Origin: a virus
Taxonomy: Duplodnaviria > Caudoviricetes
Strand: one strand, 5' to 3'
IMG/VR virus record: IMGVR_UViG_3300014838_000023
Span: 1 to 57,281 of that record
DNA length: 57,281 nt
The position numbers and the translations under genes are program-made. Below, one piece after another: positions 55,381 through 57,281 of this stretch; positions within the stretch are counted from its first letter, which is position 1; each line of letters begins with the position of its first letter. A model generated the notes under the pieces. The model made no database searches. It had not been told where the DNA came from and saw only the letters and a program-made list of their open reading frames with translations.

Positions 55381-55913
55381 GAAACCGAGACTTGCCCCCT
55401 GTCGACTACTTGCGATCTCGACTTCGTCTTGATCGAAAGATGGGGCAACTGTTCTGGAAACATCGGCCGGACTGCCAGTTTGTCGACCCAAAGTACGCTC
55501 TGACTTGGAACAAGAAGCATGAAGGAAAAAGAGCAGGAGGTAAGAAGGGTCGAGGCTATCGAATGGTGAGAATAGACGGTGTCGCGTACCTTGAGCATCG
55601 TGTCATTTTCGCCTTGGCCAACAATGCGGATCCGGGCCGATTCCAGATCGATCACCGTAAAGGAAACGGATCGAACGCACCAGCAAATCTGCGCTTGGCC
55701 ACTCATTCCCAGAACCTTCAAAATCGAAGGAAGACGGTGTCAAACAATACGAGCGGGGTCCGGGGTGTGCACTGGAGTACCCAGGCTAAAAGGTGGATGG
55801 CGATCATTCCGTTCGAAGGAAAACGCGTCTACCTTGGGGTCTTCAAAGACCTCAAAGAAGCGGCGAAAACTCGACGTTCGGCCGAACGATTTTTCTACGG
55901 AGAGTTCTCATGA
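55377..55913 (+). CDS. HNH endonuclease with AP2 domain
   Basis: YLEHRVI...IDH...N...NLRLAT..QN...NTSGVRGVHW...YLGVF. Confidence 0.85.
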   Translation: MRNRDLPPVDYLRSRLRLDRKMGQLFWKHRPDCQFVDPKYALTWNKKHEGKRAGGKKGRGYRMVRIDGVAYLEHRVIFALANNADPGRFQIDHRKGNGSNAPANLRLATHSQNLQNRRKTVSNNTSGVRGVHWSTQAKRWMAIIPFEGKRVYLGVFKDLKEAAKTRRSAERFFYGEFS

Positions 55914-56581
55914 CCAGCGACCCCATCCGCCTTCTCGACCACGGTCTCGTCCGACTGATCGATCACATGGGCGACGACATGACGATCGTCAGATCGGCTC
56001 GTGTCAGCTACAACGCCGAGCCGAGGGGCGACGGCAGCGATGCCAAGCTCATCAACTACCTGATGAAGAACCGGCACACGTCGCCATTCGAGGCCGTGTC
56101 GTTCCTCTTCGAAGTGAAGGCGCCGATCTTCGTCTTCCGGCAGTGGCATCGCCACCGCACGTGGAGCTTCAACGAGGTATCGGCTCGCTACACCGAGCTG
56201 CCCGAGGAGTTCTACACGCCCGAGCCCGATCAGATCACGACGCAGTCGACCACCAACAAGCAGATGCGCACGACCGAGCAGCACGAGCGCGCTAGCACCT
56301 GGGCGCAGGTCATGGCCATGCACAATCGCACGAGCTTCACGATGTACAAGTCGATGCTCGAGGACGGCGTGCCGCGCGAGCTCGCCCGCACCGTACTGCC
56401 GCTGGCCACCTACTCGCACATGTTCGCATCGGTCGACCTGCACAACCTGTTCGGCTTCTTGAGACTGCGCCTGCACGAGCATGCCCAGATGGAGATTCGC
56501 GTCTACGCTACGGCGATGCTCGAACTGATCCGGCCGATCGTGCCGGTGGCTGTGACGGCGTTCCTGGAGTATGGGCTATGA
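55910..56581 (+). CDS. thyX: FAD-dependent thymidylate synthase
   Basis: SARVSY, HTSPFE, RHRTWSFNEVSARY, ELARTVLP, HAQMEIR. Confidence 0.95.
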   Translation: MTSDPIRLLDHGLVRLIDHMGDDMTIVRSARVSYNAEPRGDGSDAKLINYLMKNRHTSPFEAVSFLFEVKAPIFVFRQWHRHRTWSFNEVSARYTELPEEFYTPEPDQITTQSTTNKQMRTTEQHERASTWAQVMAMHNRTSFTMYKSMLEDGVPRELARTVLPLATYSHMFASVDLHNLFGFLRLRLHEHAQMEIRVYATAMLELIRPIVPVAVTAFLEYGL

Positions 56582-57120
56582 GCATCACGAGCTATCGCGC
56601 CTTGGGCGAGCCTCATAGCGTCGACTGCCGGTACTTCGGGGAGAAGACGGGATTCGTTCTCCGATTGCCAGGCGGCGTCGACTACACACCCGACCCGACG
56701 AACCCGAAAGACATGATCGGCGCCACCAAGTTGCCGCTGGGCCTCATTCCGGATACGGTCGACGTCTATGCGGCCATGGCGTTTGCCGAGGGCGCGTCGA
56801 AGTACGGCGCCTTCAACTGGCGTGCGGCCGGCGTGCGGTTCTCGATCTACCTGGAGGCCTTGCGAAGGCACTGCATTCGCCTCTCGAACGGCGAGTGGGA
56901 AGACCCGAAGACCCGGGTCCCGCACCTGGCCAGCATCATCGCCTGCGCCGGCATCATCGCCGACGCGAAGCTATGCGGAAACCTGATCGACGACCGGCCT
57001 CCGTCCGTCGACATGAACCCGCTGATCGAGGTCTCGGAAGAAGTGACCAAACACGTCAGGACGATCAACGCGGACAAGACACCGCATCACTGGACGATCG
57101 GTGACAACCTCAAAACCTAG
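56578..57120 (+). CDS. DUF5664 dATP/dGTP diphosphohydrolase-like protein
   Basis: NPKDMIGATKLPLGLIP...GASKYGAFNWR...HLA...DDRP. Confidence 0.75.
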   Translation: MSITSYRALGEPHSVDCRYFGEKTGFVLRLPGGVDYTPDPTNPKDMIGATKLPLGLIPDTVDVYAAMAFAEGASKYGAFNWRAAGVRFSIYLEALRRHCIRLSNGEWEDPKTRVPHLASIIACAGIIADAKLCGNLIDDRPPSVDMNPLIEVSEEVTKHVRTINADKTPHHWTIGDNLKT

Positions 57121-57281
57121 ACTCTACAAGCTCTCGCCCGGTGTGTGGGGCTGCAAGAGTCCGGAGTTCCTTGGCGCCGGAAAGACCGCGATCGCTGCGT
57201 ACGAGAACTGGTGGGAGTACCTGCAGAGCATCGAGTCGTATGTGAAGTACCGTGCGGTCGCGCGCGGATCTAGCCCTTCCC

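Overview
A 57-kb segment of a high-GC tailed (podovirus-like) bacteriophage genome, probably infecting a Betaproteobacterium or similar. The left half (1-30.6 kb, minus strand) is the late module: terminases, portal, scaffold, major capsid protein, a GH108 lysis cassette, a glycosyl/methyltransferase cluster, P22-like tail and DNA-ejection proteins. A non-coding switch region at about 30.6-31.4 kb carries repeats and a sigma54-like promoter, followed by small early genes. The rest is an APSE-like replication module: P4-type primase-helicase, DUF2800 nuclease, DUF2815 SSB, family-B DNA polymerase, VRR-NUC, SNF2 helicase, ThyX. Main highlights: (1) at 46.1-48.7 kb, two CAU tRNAs alternate with two circularly permuted tRNA-like (YrlA/Y-RNA-like) RNAs that keep complete anticodon arms, directly upstream of a Ro60/TROVE-vWA gene, with another structured T-loop RNA downstream; (2) a helicase intein whose endonuclease is encoded in an overlapping +1 frame; (3) a DUF2800 Cas4-like nuclease split into two genes by an inserted dCMP deaminase; (4) a phage-encoded type IVa pilin. 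No integrase, CRISPR array or reverse transcriptase was seen. All family assignments come from motif recognition by eye, not database searches.
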